The notes below the pieces were generated by a model. It was not told the DNA's origin. It did not search any database and saw nothing but the letters and a program-made list of their open reading frames with translations. A stretch of DNA of 64,000 bases from Candidatus Cloacimonadales bacterium (GTDB taxonomy: Bacteria; Cloacimonadota; Cloacimonadia; Cloacimonadales; JAFGVF01): contig OY762964.1 in assembly GCA_963667035.1 (NCBI GenBank), positions 2,496,001 through 2,560,000 on the forward strand, given 5' to 3'. Made by a program: the position numbers and the translations under genes. How positions within the stretch are numbered: position 1 is the stretch's first letter; every line of letters starts with the position of its first letter. Positions 29,455 through 39,455 of the stretch are shown here, in pieces.

Positions 29455-31125
29455 ATGAATTCAAAAATGGTAAAAGTAGCACAGATTCTAGAAAGTACCG
29501 CACCTCCGGATATTAAAATTAAAAAGATTATTGAGCATTTATTCTCCGAAACCTCAACAGAGGAAAAAAGGAGTTTGATTGAATTAGCAACAAGTAGTCT
29601 AGTTCATAATAGACCTACATCATCTTTCCTCGAGAGAATGAGCCATGAGATTAGAACTCCCCTTCACAGTATCTTAGGATTCCTGGAACTGTTAAGAGAA
29701 TCCCTGATTGATACAGCTAAAAGAGAATATGTGAATGAAGCATATAAATCTGCCGAAGCTTTACATTCAACAATAGATGATATATTATTCTTCTCTAGAA
29801 TTGAGAGCGGTCAGATTATTCTTAGAGAAACTGATTTTAATCTATCAGACTTAATTGAAGATATCGTTGGTGAGTTCCTTCCCATAACGGTTCAAAATAA
29901 GCTTGAAATAGTTTCCTACATCCCAGCATCATTATACAGAAACTTCTATTCGGATTATGAAAAAATCAAAAAAGTAATATACAATCTAATTGAAAACTGC
30001 ATTGAACATTCTTGTTCCGGTTATATTTTCATTGAGTTAAAAGCATTAAAAGAGACTCACGATAAACTGGATCTTGAGATAAACATATTAAGTACTGAGT
30101 TGAATCTCGAATGCAAGAACCTAGATGAGCTCTTTGATTCATTCTCTTATTCCGGTAATTCTATGAGTGGATTCTCCTCATCTGGCTTGAGTCTGGTAAT
30201 CAGTAAAAAGCTTACCGAGATTCTAAATGGAAATCTTATCGTACAAAAGAATGAAGAAAAAGGTTTTAGTTTCAGGCTAAACTTCCAATTGGCAAAAAGT
30301 AGAATAGATTCGGATGTATTAATATATCCAAATCTGAAGTCTTATGATGTATTGATTTTATCATATAGTCCGGCTCAAAGAGTAAGGCTAAGCCGGTATT
30401 TTAGCGATATGAAAGCAAATGTTTCGGTATTCTCACAAGAAATCGAGATGATTAACTATTTAAATGAGTCTAAAGCTAATAAAAGACACTTCATCATAGT
30501 TTCAGATATTATCTCGTTTCTATCTCCTAACATTGGCATATCCCAAAAATGTATAGATTACATTAAAAGATACAATATCATGACTATCTTTTTAAGCCCT
30601 CTAGGTATATCTTTCCCCTCTAACTACCCAATTAATGATGCGATTTACCTACATCAACCAATTAAAGTTAAAGAACTTGATTCTGCAATTCACAAACTTC
30701 TATCGGATAATTACAATCCTGAGATCCAAAATGAACAAATAGAGATATTACCTGATGAAGTCAGAATCCTGATTTGTGAAGATAACGCAATTAACAACAA
30801 ACTTCTAGAGAACTATCTTATTGGTACATACCAGAATGTTGACTTTGCGAAAAACGGTAAAGAGGGCATTATTAAGGCAGAGAAGAATAAGTATGATATT
30901 ATCCTCATGGATTGTGAAATGCCTGTAATGGACGGATATGAAGCCACAAGGTATATAAGAAACTCTTATGGTCTAAACTCCGGAGTTCCTATTATTGCAC
31001 TAACCGCTCATGTCACAAAAGAAGATAGAGAAAAATGCTTTGCCTGCGGGATGATAGAGTTTATCTCAAAACCGTTTAGGAAAGAAAGCGTCTTAAAAAC
31101 AATTCAGAAATACCTTAACTATTAA
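29455..31125 (+). CDS. Sensor-less hybrid histidine kinase/receiver with degenerate ATPase domain
   Basis: H-box MSHEIRTPL; G1/G2 boxes degenerate; pseudo-receiver followed by an intact receiver (EDN...DIILMDCEMPVMDG...KP). Confidence 0.85.
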   Translation: MNSKMVKVAQILESTAPPDIKIKKIIEHLFSETSTEEKRSLIELATSSLVHNRPTSSFLERMSHEIRTPLHSILGFLELLRESLIDTAKREYVNEAYKSAEALHSTIDDILFFSRIESGQIILRETDFNLSDLIEDIVGEFLPITVQNKLEIVSYIPASLYRNFYSDYEKIKKVIYNLIENCIEHSCSGYIFIELKALKETHDKLDLEINILSTELNLECKNLDELFDSFSYSGNSMSGFSSSGLSLVISKKLTEILNGNLIVQKNEEKGFSFRLNFQLAKSRIDSDVLIYPNLKSYDVLILSYSPAQRVRLSRYFSDMKANVSVFSQEIEMINYLNESKANKRHFIIVSDIISFLSPNIGISQKCIDYIKRYNIMTIFLSPLGISFPSNYPINDAIYLHQPIKVKELDSAIHKLLSDNYNPEIQNEQIEILPDEVRILICEDNAINNKLLENYLIGTYQNVDFAKNGKEGIIKAEKNKYDIILMDCEMPVMDGYEATRYIRNSYGLNSGVPIIALTAHVTKEDREKCFACGMIEFISKPFRKESVLKTIQKYLNY

Positions 31126-31206
31126 CTTAGATAGGTTTAAGGACCTAGAAAAAACTTTACAAATAAAAGGGTTAATAGCTGTTGATTCATCTGTGAGGTA
31201 CATCAG

Positions 31207-32355
31207 ATGAATATGAATGGATATAATTTGGTAAAACGAACCGAGTTCAATGAAATAAGTATATATTATGATATATTGAACAGTCATGAAGAAATCGTCA
31301 GTATAATTGACTCCATGCCCTTATGGGTATTGCTTCTGAACGAGAATAGACAAGCTGTTTACTTTAATCAAAAACTATCCTCAGATATTAATGCCAAATC
31401 ACCTCAAGATATAATAGGTAAACGTCCCGGCGAGATTCTCCAATGCCAGAACTCAGCATTAAATGAAGCAGGATGCGGTAATTCGGTTTTCTGTCAATAC
31501 TGTGGAGCGGTTACGGCAATTGTTAACTCCTATAATGGTGGGACACAAATTGAAGAATGCAGAATAATAAGAAGTGCTGAAGGTCTCAAACAAGCTCTGG
31601 ATTTAGAAGTTACTGTTTCCACCATCAATCTTAAAGATCATGAGTACACACTGTTTATAATCCAAGACATAAGCGATAAAAAGCGTAGACACTATCTGGA
31701 AAGAATCTTCCTTCATGATTTAGTTAACACAGCCTATGCAATTAAAAGTAGTGCAGACTTAATGCTGACAGAAAATGATGTGCTTGTGAAGGAAGAGATG
31801 GTTAGAATACTGATTCCGGCAGCTAATCAACTGTTAGAGGAAATTTCTGCTCAAAGGCAAATACTTCAAGCTGAACAGGATGAATGGGAACCGGTTAAGA
31901 AAGAATACTTTAGCACAATACTTATGAAAGACTGTGTAGATATTGCTACAAATTACATGAATAAGAATAAAGCCAACATTATTATTGATACAGATTCTGA
32001 AAGCTTCAAGATTAACACTGAGATTACTCTGTTAAAAAGAGTGCTGATAAACATGTTAAAGAATGCTATAGAAGCAACTGATGATATGGATTCTATTAGA
32101 ATCTCCTCACGCATAATTGATGAGGGTATCGTACAGTTCTCGGTTAACAATAAGAGTTATATTTCTGATGATATCAGATACCAACTATTCCAAAGATCTT
32201 ATACGACCAAAGGAAAAGGAAGAGGCATTGGGACATATAGCATGAAGCTACTTACCGAGCATTATCTTGGGGGAAAGATAACGGTTGAATCATCAATTGA
32301 GAAGGGAACAACTTTCTTTGTTACTATACCTGTAAATCTAAAGATTAGTTCTTAA
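31207..32355 (+). CDS. Cytoplasmic PAS histidine kinase with Cys-rich sensor
   Basis: RPGEILQC...GCGNSVFCQYC; FLHDLVN; NMLKNAIEA; GKGRGIGTY. Confidence 0.85.
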   Translation: MNMNGYNLVKRTEFNEISIYYDILNSHEEIVSIIDSMPLWVLLLNENRQAVYFNQKLSSDINAKSPQDIIGKRPGEILQCQNSALNEAGCGNSVFCQYCGAVTAIVNSYNGGTQIEECRIIRSAEGLKQALDLEVTVSTINLKDHEYTLFIIQDISDKKRRHYLERIFLHDLVNTAYAIKSSADLMLTENDVLVKEEMVRILIPAANQLLEEISAQRQILQAEQDEWEPVKKEYFSTILMKDCVDIATNYMNKNKANIIIDTDSESFKINTEITLLKRVLINMLKNAIEATDDMDSIRISSRIIDEGIVQFSVNNKSYISDDIRYQLFQRSYTTKGKGRGIGTYSMKLLTEHYLGGKITVESSIEKGTTFFVTIPVNLKISS

Positions 32356-33232
32356 CAGGGTGATAATGTATATTCACTTTCCTTAATGTATCCTTATAGT
32401 TTTCGAAAAGCTTCTTTTCCAATTTTTCTGCTAATGAATGACCTAACTCTACGCTGATAGCTCCATTAACTTCAATAGTAAGATTTAAGATAAAATGAGT
32501 ACCGAATCTGTGAACTCCAATATCGGTAACTCTAAATATACCCTCAACAGAACGGGCGATCTCCGTAATCTCCGAGGTAAAAACTTTAGATGGGATTGTA
32601 TCAATCAAATCATGAGTAGCATCGCTAATAATTTCTATACCAGTTCTTAAAATGAAAGCAGCAACTAAAGCTCCTGCAACGGGATCAACCCAAGTGAAGT
32701 GTCTTCTAGCAAAGAAAATACCAATCACAACAGCAGAAGTAGCAAAAATATCATTTAAATGATCGGATTTCAAAGCCTTTATAGCAGGATTTCCGGTTGT
32801 TCTATACACTCTACCCGAGAACATGTAGAGCCCAATCTTTAAAATAACCGTAAAAAGAGCTATGTATATCGTCCAAGAAGATACGGGGTCAAATTCAGTA
32901 TGGTTAATAACTGCAATAAATCTATCGATTGATTGCCAAGCTATAGCTAACGCAGTAGTAACAATAAAAGCTCCTATCACAATTGTTGCAATATTCTCAA
33001 ACTGCTTATGACCATAGGGATGCTCTTTATCTGCCGGTTTACTGGCAGCCTTTAGAAGAATCTTAACTGATAGATAATAAACAATATCTGCTCCTGAGTT
33101 AATACCGTCAGCTATTAAAGAATAACTATGTCCGAAAATCCCACCAATCATTTTAAGAATAGTCAGAACAATATTACTAACTAAACCAAGGTTAACGGCC
33201 AGATTGTTTCTCTTATTAAATTGTTCCTGCAT
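32345..33232 (-). CDS. Cation diffusion facilitator (CDF) transporter
   Basis: SLIADG, PADKEHPYGH, DPV and C-terminal NIHYHP motifs. Confidence 0.93.
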   Translation of the reverse strand: MQEQFNKRNNLAVNLGLVSNIVLTILKMIGGIFGHSYSLIADGINSGADIVYYLSVKILLKAASKPADKEHPYGHKQFENIATIVIGAFIVTTALAIAWQSIDRFIAVINHTEFDPVSSWTIYIALFTVILKIGLYMFSGRVYRTTGNPAIKALKSDHLNDIFATSAVVIGIFFARRHFTWVDPVAGALVAAFILRTGIEIISDATHDLIDTIPSKVFTSEITEIARSVEGIFRVTDIGVHRFGTHFILNLTIEVNGAISVELGHSLAEKLEKKLFENYKDTLRKVNIHYHPVKN

Positions 33233-33240
33233 AATTTACC

Positions 33241-33912
33241 CTACTTTTTAAAGCAGTTCTCCAATTCATCAATTGTATCAACTATGAACTCGGGATGATA
33301 TCTTAAAAGAATCTCGCGAGTGTTATATCCCCAAGAAACAGCAATCATCGGAATACCGAGTTTACGAGCAGAGACAATATCTCTCACTTCATCACCGATA
33401 TAAATCGAGTTTGACTTGGTTGCGCCAAGGCTTTTCATGAATTGTTTAAGCTTTTTATGTTTGTTAAACAATCCGCTACCCCCATGAATATCAGTAAACA
33501 ATTGCAAGTTATGATTCTCAATAAACCTGTTCACATTTTCCTCGGAGTTACTTGTTAATATGGAAAGGTTGTACCCTTGTTTTTTAAGATTAGTTAGAAA
33601 TTCAGGAATACCAGGGAATGGATGAACTGCATCAATCTCTCCTTTAATCAGCATGCGAATTTCTCTTATCAACAAAGGAATTCTATAAAAAGGAACTTTT
33701 AGACGTTTCTTAAGAGCAAATACGCCTTCATTTCTGAACTCCTCAATATCGTCTTCAGTAATAAAGGGTAATTTGTACTTATGATGAATAGTATTGAATA
33801 GGTCAATACCTGAACGTAATGAGTCTGCTATGGTACCATCAAAATCAAAAATGATATTCTTCTTTTCTTTAAGGTTAATATTCTCCATTCTTCTGACTTC
33901 GCTAACTTTCAA
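33241..33912 (-). CDS. HAD-superfamily phosphatase (phosphoglycolate phosphatase-like)
   Basis: FDFDGTIAD, LTSN, IGDEVRD and VSWGY motifs; the start may be 33888. Confidence 0.88.
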   Translation of the reverse strand: MKVSEVRRMENINLKEKKNIIFDFDGTIADSLRSGIDLFNTIHHKYKLPFITEDDIEEFRNEGVFALKKRLKVPFYRIPLLIREIRMLIKGEIDAVHPFPGIPEFLTNLKKQGYNLSILTSNSEENVNRFIENHNLQLFTDIHGGSGLFNKHKKLKQFMKSLGATKSNSIYIGDEVRDIVSARKLGIPMIAVSWGYNTREILLRYHPEFIVDTIDELENCFKK

Positions 33913-33990
33913 GCTCCTTAGTTTGAGATTTACTTTGACAATACAATTGTCTCAATTTCATTTAATCAAAAGGATTTTAAGAAGGCTATT

Positions 33991-34611
33991 ATGTCAACAT
34001 ATAACACAATTTCGAATCCTGTTCAGTTTGAACATAAACTAAACCGTTCACGATTCATTGCATCATTTAAATCTGTAAAAAATGTTGAAGATGCAAAAGC
34101 ATTTATCTCAGATATTAGTATTGAACATAAAATGGCAAATCATAACTGTTGGGCTTTTATTATTGGCTATAAGGGAGAAATCTCACATAGTTCTGATAAT
34201 GGTGAACCTTCCGGAACTGCCGGTGCCCCAATGTTGAACGCCCTTAGAAAGCACAATTTGACAAACATAGTTGTTGTTGTCACAAGGTACTTTGGTGGAG
34301 TGAAGCTTGGAATTAGAGGATTGATTGAAGCATATAATTCTACTGTTGATATAGGGATAAGCAATAATACTATTGAAGAGATTGTTCCTCATTCTTATTA
34401 TAAAGTTGAAACTCCGTATGATTTCTATGAAATCTTTAAGCATCGTTTAAATGAATATAATCCACGTTATGATAAGATTGAGTATTCGCAATATATAGAT
34501 TTTGAGCTTGTACTTAACTCGGAATTCAAAGTGCAAGTAGAGAGCCATCTGGCAGAATGGACAAAATCAGGGAAGATAAAATCCCAACACATCAAAGATA
34601 CTAATGATTAG
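33991..34611 (+). CDS. yigZ: YigZ/IMPACT family protein
   Basis: SRFIA, ANHNCWA, SDNGEPSGTAG and TRYFGGVKLG motifs. Confidence 0.92.
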   Translation: MSTYNTISNPVQFEHKLNRSRFIASFKSVKNVEDAKAFISDISIEHKMANHNCWAFIIGYKGEISHSSDNGEPSGTAGAPMLNALRKHNLTNIVVVVTRYFGGVKLGIRGLIEAYNSTVDIGISNNTIEEIVPHSYYKVETPYDFYEIFKHRLNEYNPRYDKIEYSQYIDFELVLNSEFKVQVESHLAEWTKSGKIKSQHIKDTND

Positions 34612-34837
34612 CTGTTTAATACTTTAGTTTTCTCCTGAATATATTGAGTAATTGAATAAAGCATAGTAATTCAATTTCTATAATGCAATTGAATCTTTTT
34701 TAAATGAATAGGGCTAATCTAGTTAACAGAAAAAAAGAGCTTTTCTTAAATATTCATACAATAAGTTTAATCAAATAGATGCTATGTTCCCTCAACAGAA
34801 TGGCATGTTTACTCACAATTATCTTATGGCATGCCAA

Positions 34838-34854
34838 TTGGCATAAGTATTGCA
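34838..34854 (+). promoter_or_regulatory. Sigma54 (-24/-12) promoter
   Basis: TTGGCATAAGTATTGCA with exact GG-N10-GC spacing. Confidence 0.7.
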
Positions 34855-34897
34855 TATTTCATTTATATCGAATATTTTAGAGCGTACAGGAGATTCT

Positions 34898-35513
34898 ATG
34901 TACTATATGAGATTGGTGCTTCTATTGTTAGTTATTACTTCTTGTTTATTGATATATGCAGTTTCGGAAACAAGACCAAATAATAATGATCAAACTAACT
35001 TTGACACTTATCATTATCTTGGTGACTCAACAGGTATAAATCAATTAAGTTATTTAGCACCAGTTATGCCTAACATGAGATATTTAACGTCTCAAGTAAG
35101 CTATACTTAATCTAAGCTTGCTGTCCCCATTTTATTATAGTGGAATAGATAATCTTATTGTATGTGTATATGAACACACAGAGAGAGAATACTGATGGTA
35201 AAAATTTTGCTTTTAGCCAAACAGATAGTTTAGAACTATAAGCTTAGGCGGCATGTATCGATTGATTTAAACGGTATAGGAAACAATGCTAGCTTTTACG
35301 TAATTGTACCCAATACTTGATTTACAATTGAACGAAACTTGTCGGGAGCTTTAGTTTTTCCATACCCAAACAAGATAGACTGGGGTTTGGTTGAAGTTGA
35401 TACAGGAAGTAGAGAGAGATTCAAACAATGAACAAGTACCTAGCGGAATTTATCTGTATAAACTGAGAAGTGGTACTTATACAAGAAATAGAATAAATAT
35501 ATTAATTAAATAA
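34898..35513 (+). pseudogene. Remnant of a secreted protein with T9SS-type/FlgD C-terminal sorting domain
   Basis: RBS AGGAG plus signal peptide MYYMRLVLLLLV...; stop at 35110; later RDSNNEQVPSGIYLYKLRSGTYTRNRINILIK* matches the CTD at 63746-64000. Confidence 0.65.
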
Positions 35514-35538
35514 ACTAAATCTTCCTTGTATGTGAAAA

Positions 35539-35584
35539 GATTGCCTCAAGTAGTATGGTAATGCTTGGGGCAATCGCCTTTTTG
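35539..35584. terminator. Likely bidirectional terminator
   Basis: GATTGCCTCAAGTA...TGCTTGGGGCAATC hairpin flanked by A and T runs, between convergent genes. Confidence 0.6.
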
Positions 35585-35585
35585 T

Positions 35586-36953
35586 TTATATTTTCTTTTT
35601 AAACGCCACTTCTAAATGACGTTGAGATTTCACTTCAAAATATATTAATCCAATAGCTGTAACTGTGCTAATAAAATCTGCTACGGGTACGGTTGCCCAT
35701 ACACCTGTAAGTCCGTATAAACGAGGTAGAATCATTAAAACAGGGAGATAAATGATAACCTTACGTAGTAAATTAAGAAATATTGCTTTTGCAGGCTTAT
35801 TTACAGCTTGGAAATACATAACTGTCATCATGTGTATTCCTACTAATGGTATCATCATCATATATATCCTCAATCCGGAGTAACCAATCTCTATTAGATC
35901 GGAGTCGCCTTTACTAAAAAGTGATACTAAGAATCTTCCGAATATGTTAACAGCAAGAAACCCGATTATAGAGATTACTAGCGAATAGAGGTAAGATACT
36001 TTTAATGTTTTCTTAACTCTATCATATATCTTTGCACCGAAGTTAAATCCAATAATAGGCTGTCCTGCCATCATAAGTCCTCTAAGTGGGGTTTCAATCA
36101 TGACAAAAATACTTTGGATGGCTCCCAAAGCACCTAAAGCAACAGCATCACCGTGAGCAATAAGAGCTCTATTGGTGAATACAGCTACAAGAGTTGTAGC
36201 CAGATTCATACTGAAAGGTGAAACACCGATAGCAAGCATAGGTTTAACGATATGCCATTGAGGTATAAGATACTTTTTTCTTAGTGTTAAGTACCTATGT
36301 TTGCTAACAGTAAAATGCCATAAAACACAACTTGCGGTTATAATTCTGGCTAATACAGTCGCAATAGCTACACCTTTAACTCCAAGATGAAACACAAAAA
36401 GAAATATCGGATCAAGTATTATGTTTATCAAAGCACCTGATACTGCAATTTTCATAGCCAGATGTGGATTACCTTCACTACGAATACTCCCGTTAGTTCC
36501 CATTGCCATAAAATCAAAAGCCATAAAAGGAAGGAACCAGACAAGATATTCATAAGCATAAGGCATAGTAATCTCGTCTGCACCAACAATCCTTAAAAGA
36601 GGTTTGATAAACAAGCTTCCCAGTACTGCTACTATTACTCCCAGAATTGTGTATAATCCAATGGTATTGCCTAAAGTTTTTTCGGCAACTTCCTTATTCT
36701 TCTCTCCTAAACGAATTGAGATTATTGAAGAGGATCCATTCCCGAGAAGTACGCCAATTGCAATAGAAAGAATAAATATTGGAAATGTTATGGTTAATCC
36801 GGCTAAAGCATCTGTACCTAATGCTTTACCTATGTATATTCTGTCGACAATATTGTATATTGCATGAACACTTGAGGCAACTATAGAAGGTATCGAATAT
36901 TTAAGGAGTAATCTCCAAGGAGCAATAGTCTCAAACTCTTTAATTGCCTTCAT
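35586..36953 (-). CDS. MATE efflux transporter (MepA-like)
   Basis: IYNIVDRIYIG, NIILDPIF and QPIIGFNFGA motifs. Confidence 0.93.
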   Translation of the reverse strand: MKAIKEFETIAPWRLLLKYSIPSIVASSVHAIYNIVDRIYIGKALGTDALAGLTITFPIFILSIAIGVLLGNGSSSIISIRLGEKNKEVAEKTLGNTIGLYTILGVIVAVLGSLFIKPLLRIVGADEITMPYAYEYLVWFLPFMAFDFMAMGTNGSIRSEGNPHLAMKIAVSGALINIILDPIFLFVFHLGVKGVAIATVLARIITASCVLWHFTVSKHRYLTLRKKYLIPQWHIVKPMLAIGVSPFSMNLATTLVAVFTNRALIAHGDAVALGALGAIQSIFVMIETPLRGLMMAGQPIIGFNFGAKIYDRVKKTLKVSYLYSLVISIIGFLAVNIFGRFLVSLFSKGDSDLIEIGYSGLRIYMMMIPLVGIHMMTVMYFQAVNKPAKAIFLNLLRKVIIYLPVLMILPRLYGLTGVWATVPVADFISTVTAIGLIYFEVKSQRHLEVAFKKKI

Positions 36954-37515
36954 TACTACCTCTTAGGTGGAGTTGTATTATAGCGTCAATTGGTATCTTT
37001 TCTACTTCTGATGGGAATCTTGATAGACCTATAATCTGATGAATCCATAATTCTGCGTATTGGTCAGCCGTAACATCCAGCTTTAAAAGATTATTATCCA
37101 GTCCATGTTGAAATACTTGTGCTATAGTCTGCCTCACTTTCCTTTTAAGTTCGCTTGTTCTCTCGGCATAGCATTTGGCAAGCTGGTCCTTTCTTTCAAG
37201 GGCTTCTTCCATAACTCTCAAAACCGGTTTTCTCCCTTTTGAAAGCTTTGCCAAACAATTACTAATCTCTATTATCTTGTCTATGTAATCCATATCTCTA
37301 TCGACAATAGCTTTTAGCTGAACTTGGATATTAATGAATCCTTCCAGAGCTACTGCAATATAAAGGTCTTCTTTATCTTTAAAATATCTGTATATTGTGC
37401 CCTTTCCAACACCTGCTTCTTTTGCTACATCATCCATCTTAACTTCATGGAATCTCTTAGTTCTAAGAACTTTCTCAGCAGCCTTTAGAATCTCTTCTCT
37501 CTTATCTTTAGACAT
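36940..37515 (-). CDS. TetR/AcrR family regulator
   Basis: DVAKEAGVGKGTIYRYFKDKEDL helix-turn-helix. Confidence 0.95.
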   Translation of the reverse strand: MSKDKREEILKAAEKVLRTKRFHEVKMDDVAKEAGVGKGTIYRYFKDKEDLYIAVALEGFINIQVQLKAIVDRDMDYIDKIIEISNCLAKLSKGRKPVLRVMEEALERKDQLAKCYAERTSELKRKVRQTIAQVFQHGLDNNLLKLDVTADQYAELWIHQIIGLSRFPSEVEKIPIDAIIQLHLRGSNEGN

Positions 37516-37533
37516 GATATGCTCCTTGCTTAA

Positions 37534-37549
37534 AACTGACCGGTCAGTT
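37534..37549. promoter_or_regulatory. Putative TetR operator
   Basis: Perfect 16-bp palindrome AACTGACCGGTCAGTT overlapping a TTGACC-16-TAGAAC minus-strand promoter. Confidence 0.75.
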
Positions 37550-37622
37550 CTATTGTGAGCTATTATGGGGTCAAGCTCTTTTTCCGTATTGCATATCAGG
37601 TATTGTGGTGAACTTAAAGGGA

Positions 37623-38708
37623 TTAAAGAGTTAACAAGCCTTCATCTATTCTAATAATGTAAGCTTCACCTCCTGCTTTGACAATAGATTTTGCTACTTC
37701 TTCAGGATTTTCCGGAGCATAAGCAAACATACAGCCTCCACCCCCGGAACCGTTAATCTTTGCCCCTAATGCTCCCGACTGCAATGATGCTTGAATCATG
37801 TTATCAATTTTGGGAGTAGAGATACCTAGATTTTCTCGAAGATACAATTGATGTTGATTGAGTAGATTTCCTAACTCTGTATGATTAATACTTTGAGCTT
37901 GTAAAAGTTTTAAAGCTTTACTAGTGATTTCTCTATTATAGATTACGCCTTTCATTACTTGTAATTCATGTTCCGAAAGCAAATCTCTATAGTTATATAA
38001 CTCATTAATTGAAATGTTTCTGAAGTATACGGAAGAGTTTAAAGTTTGAATAGTGGTCATAGCCTTAATTGCCGGAGCCTTAGTTTCTGAAAGAATCTTT
38101 TCGGTATCCTTAGGTTCTTGAGTATCTCCTAGCACGAACGCACCCGGTTGAGCACTTAGCCTACTGATTGTGATTGGTTGTGTAAAATCCATGAAGTTTA
38201 TTGACCCTATTGCTGTAGAAAGCTGGTCCATCATTCCGCCTGCCTCGTTAAACTCTAATACTTCAGCCTCATAGCTAATCATTCCGATTTCCTGATTAGA
38301 AATGTTTTTATTACCTTCCTGAGAAGCCTCAACTAAGAATTTACACCATACATTATTTAAGGCACTTGATGATGAGGTTCCTGAATTTATTGGTATATTT
38401 CCTCTTATAACGCAATTCCAACCATGCTCCCAATTATATCCTCTTTTCATAAGAACATTAAAGATGCTCTTGAAGTAATCTCTTTTCTTGCTGTAAACAA
38501 ATTGAGATTGGGTGTACACTATTTCTTCCGATGCCATAATATCCGGTAACTCTATGCTAAAAATGTTATCAGAGCGTTTTGTAGCTTCAATTTGAATTCT
38601 TAGATTAATCGCCATAGGAATGACTGGTAGACCAAGATAATCCTGATGCTCACCAAATAGACATATTCTTCCTGGAGCTGAGACAATGATTCTTTCACCT
38701 TTATCCAT
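37623..38708 (-). CDS. GHMP sugar kinase (galactokinase-like)
   Basis: APGRICLFGEHQDY, PINSGTSSSSA, GGMMDQ and GSGGGG motifs. Confidence 0.87.
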   Translation of the reverse strand: MDKGERIIVSAPGRICLFGEHQDYLGLPVIPMAINLRIQIEATKRSDNIFSIELPDIMASEEIVYTQSQFVYSKKRDYFKSIFNVLMKRGYNWEHGWNCVIRGNIPINSGTSSSSALNNVWCKFLVEASQEGNKNISNQEIGMISYEAEVLEFNEAGGMMDQLSTAIGSINFMDFTQPITISRLSAQPGAFVLGDTQEPKDTEKILSETKAPAIKAMTTIQTLNSSVYFRNISINELYNYRDLLSEHELQVMKGVIYNREITSKALKLLQAQSINHTELGNLLNQHQLYLRENLGISTPKIDNMIQASLQSGALGAKINGSGGGGCMFAYAPENPEEVAKSIVKAGGEAYIIRIDEGLLTL

Positions 38709-39450
38709 TACTAATTTCCTTTCTTTTCAAGTACAACTCAATCATCTCTTTCTCTTCTATAGTGTTAACTCCATATACAGCTTCAATATCATTAACCTCT
38801 ATTGTCTCCAACTCATAGTTCTCGGCTAGAATTCCAACAATATCCGAAAGGATATATTCCTTCTGAATGTTATTGTTCTTAATCTTTCCTAATGCTTCGA
38901 ACAGTAACTTATTATTAAATATAAATTGTGATGGTATCAATTCCGTAATTTCTTTCTCTTCTGTTGAACAATCCTTATCCTCAATGACTCCGATAATACG
39001 ACCTACACGATTTCTGATTACTCTCCCCCAAGGAGGTATATTCTCCTTAATATCAACCGTAAGGAATACAGAAGCCAAATCAGCAGATTCCATTTTATCT
39101 ATTAGTAACCGAATATATTCGGATGAAATTGCAGGTGAATCTCCAACCATAACTATAGTATTGCCTTCAAAATCTTTGAGATAATCTTTTGCTTGCAATA
39201 CTGCATGAGCAGTACCTAGTTGTTGTTCCTGAATTATATATTTACATCTGTTTCCCATCACTTCTTCTATCAAAGGTTTATTCTCAGTATTTACGATGAG
39301 GATAATCTCATCTACATTGCATTTTTCAAGAGTTTCAACAATTCTTGTCACAATAGACTTACCTGCAATTTCGACTAATACCTTTGGTAAGTCTGTTTTC
39401 ATTCTACTGCCTTTTCCGGCAGCTAAAACAATAGCGTTTGTTTTTCTCAT
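38701..39450 (-). CDS. Sugar-1-phosphate nucleotidyltransferase (GlmU N-terminal domain only)
   Basis: LAAGKGSRMKTDLPK, QLGTAHAV, NNIQKEYILSD and GVN; no acetyltransferase beta-helix. Confidence 0.85.
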   Translation of the reverse strand: MRKTNAIVLAAGKGSRMKTDLPKVLVEIAGKSIVTRIVETLEKCNVDEIILIVNTENKPLIEEVMGNRCKYIIQEQQLGTAHAVLQAKDYLKDFEGNTIVMVGDSPAISSEYIRLLIDKMESADLASVFLTVDIKENIPPWGRVIRNRVGRIIGVIEDKDCSTEEKEITELIPSQFIFNNKLLFEALGKIKNNNIQKEYILSDIVGILAENYELETIEVNDIEAVYGVNTIEEKEMIELYLKRKEISNG

Positions 39451-39455
39451 TTGTA

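Noticed and set aside
38701..39450. Bifunctional glmU or a truncated glmU pseudogene
   Set aside because: No acetyltransferase domain or remnant follows; the stop overlaps the next gene's start cleanly.
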